Below are positions 31,603 to 32,000 of a stretch of DNA of 32,000 nt, piece by piece (position 1 is the first letter of the stretch; each line of letters starts with the position of its first letter). The position numbers and the translations under genes were made by a program. This DNA is from Delftia acidovorans NBRC 14950. GTDB taxonomy: Bacteria > Pseudomonadota > Gammaproteobacteria > Burkholderiales > Burkholderiaceae_C. The stretch covers positions 30,001 to 62,000 of the forward strand of contig NZ_BCZP01000025.1 in assembly GCF_001598795.1 (NCBI RefSeq), written 5' to 3'. Below the pieces are notes generated by a model. It saw only the letters and a program-made list of their open reading frames with translations. It was not told the DNA's origin and ran no database searches.

Positions 31603-32000
31603 ATGCAAAAAGCCATGCAACCCCTTGATTCCCGCCTGATGAAGGCCTATGCCCGCCAGCCCGTCTCCTTCGTCCGTGGCCGTGGAGCCCTGCTGTGGGA
31701 CGAGCACGGCAACGAATACCTGGACGCCATTGCCGGCGTGGCAGTGACCGCCCTGGGCCACGCCCATCCGGAGATCGCCGCCGTGATCGCCGAGCAGGCC
31801 GGCCTGCTGCTGCACACCTCCAACGTGTTCCGCATCGACTGGCAGGAACGCCTGGGCCAGCGCCTGTGCTCCCTGGCCGGCATGGAGACGGCCTTCTTCT
31901 GCAACTCCGGCGCCGAGGCCAATGAGGCCGCGCTCAAGCTGGCGCGCCTGCACGGCCACCGCAGGCAGGTGGCGCGGCCGCAGATCCTGGTGATGGACAA
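31603..32000 (+). CDS. Class-III PLP aminotransferase (acetylornithine/succinylornithine aminotransferase-like), N-terminal part (runs off the window end)
   Basis: My own translation from the ATG at 31603 reads MQKAMQPLDSRLMKAYARQPVSFVRGRGALLWDEHGNEYLDAIAGVAVTALGHAHPEIAAVIAEQAGLLLHTSNVFRIDWQERL...FFCNSGAEANEAALKLAR. This is a typical ArgD-type N-terminus. It is not in the ORF track because it is open-ended. Confidence 0.85.
   Translation, partial: MQKAMQPLDSRLMKAYARQPVSFVRGRGALLWDEHGNEYLDAIAGVAVTALGHAHPEIAAVIAEQAGLLLHTSNVFRIDWQERLGQRLCSLAGMETAFFCNSGAEANEAALKLARLHGHRRQVARPQILVMD

Overview
High-G+C (about 65% by eye) proteobacterial chromosomal segment. Gene content and protein style suggest a Burkholderiales/Comamonadaceae-type betaproteobacterium, which is inference only. 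I support about 33 protein-coding genes, and most long antisense ORFs in the track are high-GC artefacts. From left to right: azlC 5' end; a DUF4148 secreted protein; a MarR-controlled tripartite MFS efflux operon (outer-membrane factor, EmrA-like adaptor, EmrB-like DHA2 pump); an MBL-fold hydrolase; a phasin-like protein; the CycA-type amino acid permease; a catecholate-type TonB-dependent receptor with a candidate Fur box; an HxlR regulator co-transcribed with a truncated MreB/actin-fold protein, divergent from an MFS transporter; an AraC/TauE pair; a small membrane protein plus XRE operon; and a cobalamin riboswitch followed by btuB and a btuF-like gene, then ybjQ. Next comes a low-G+C islet (about 20.4-22.1 kb) with two orphan genes, one a zinc-ribbon membrane protein, followed by an H-NS-family gene. 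The most interesting locus is 22.5-27.7 kb. It is a four-gene operon: an AurF-family diiron oxygenase, a translationally coupled FNR/[2Fe-2S] reductase, a class-I glutamine-amidotransferase-like protein and an ABM-family protein. A 518-bp AT-rich control region with six tandem 12-bp units separates it from a divergent serine hydroxymethyltransferase. I do not recognise this gene set as a characterised pathway. The window ends with a PLP-themed block: MocR regulator, benE-yggS operon and a class-III aminotransferase. I found no rRNA, tRNA, CRISPR array, transposase or integrase.
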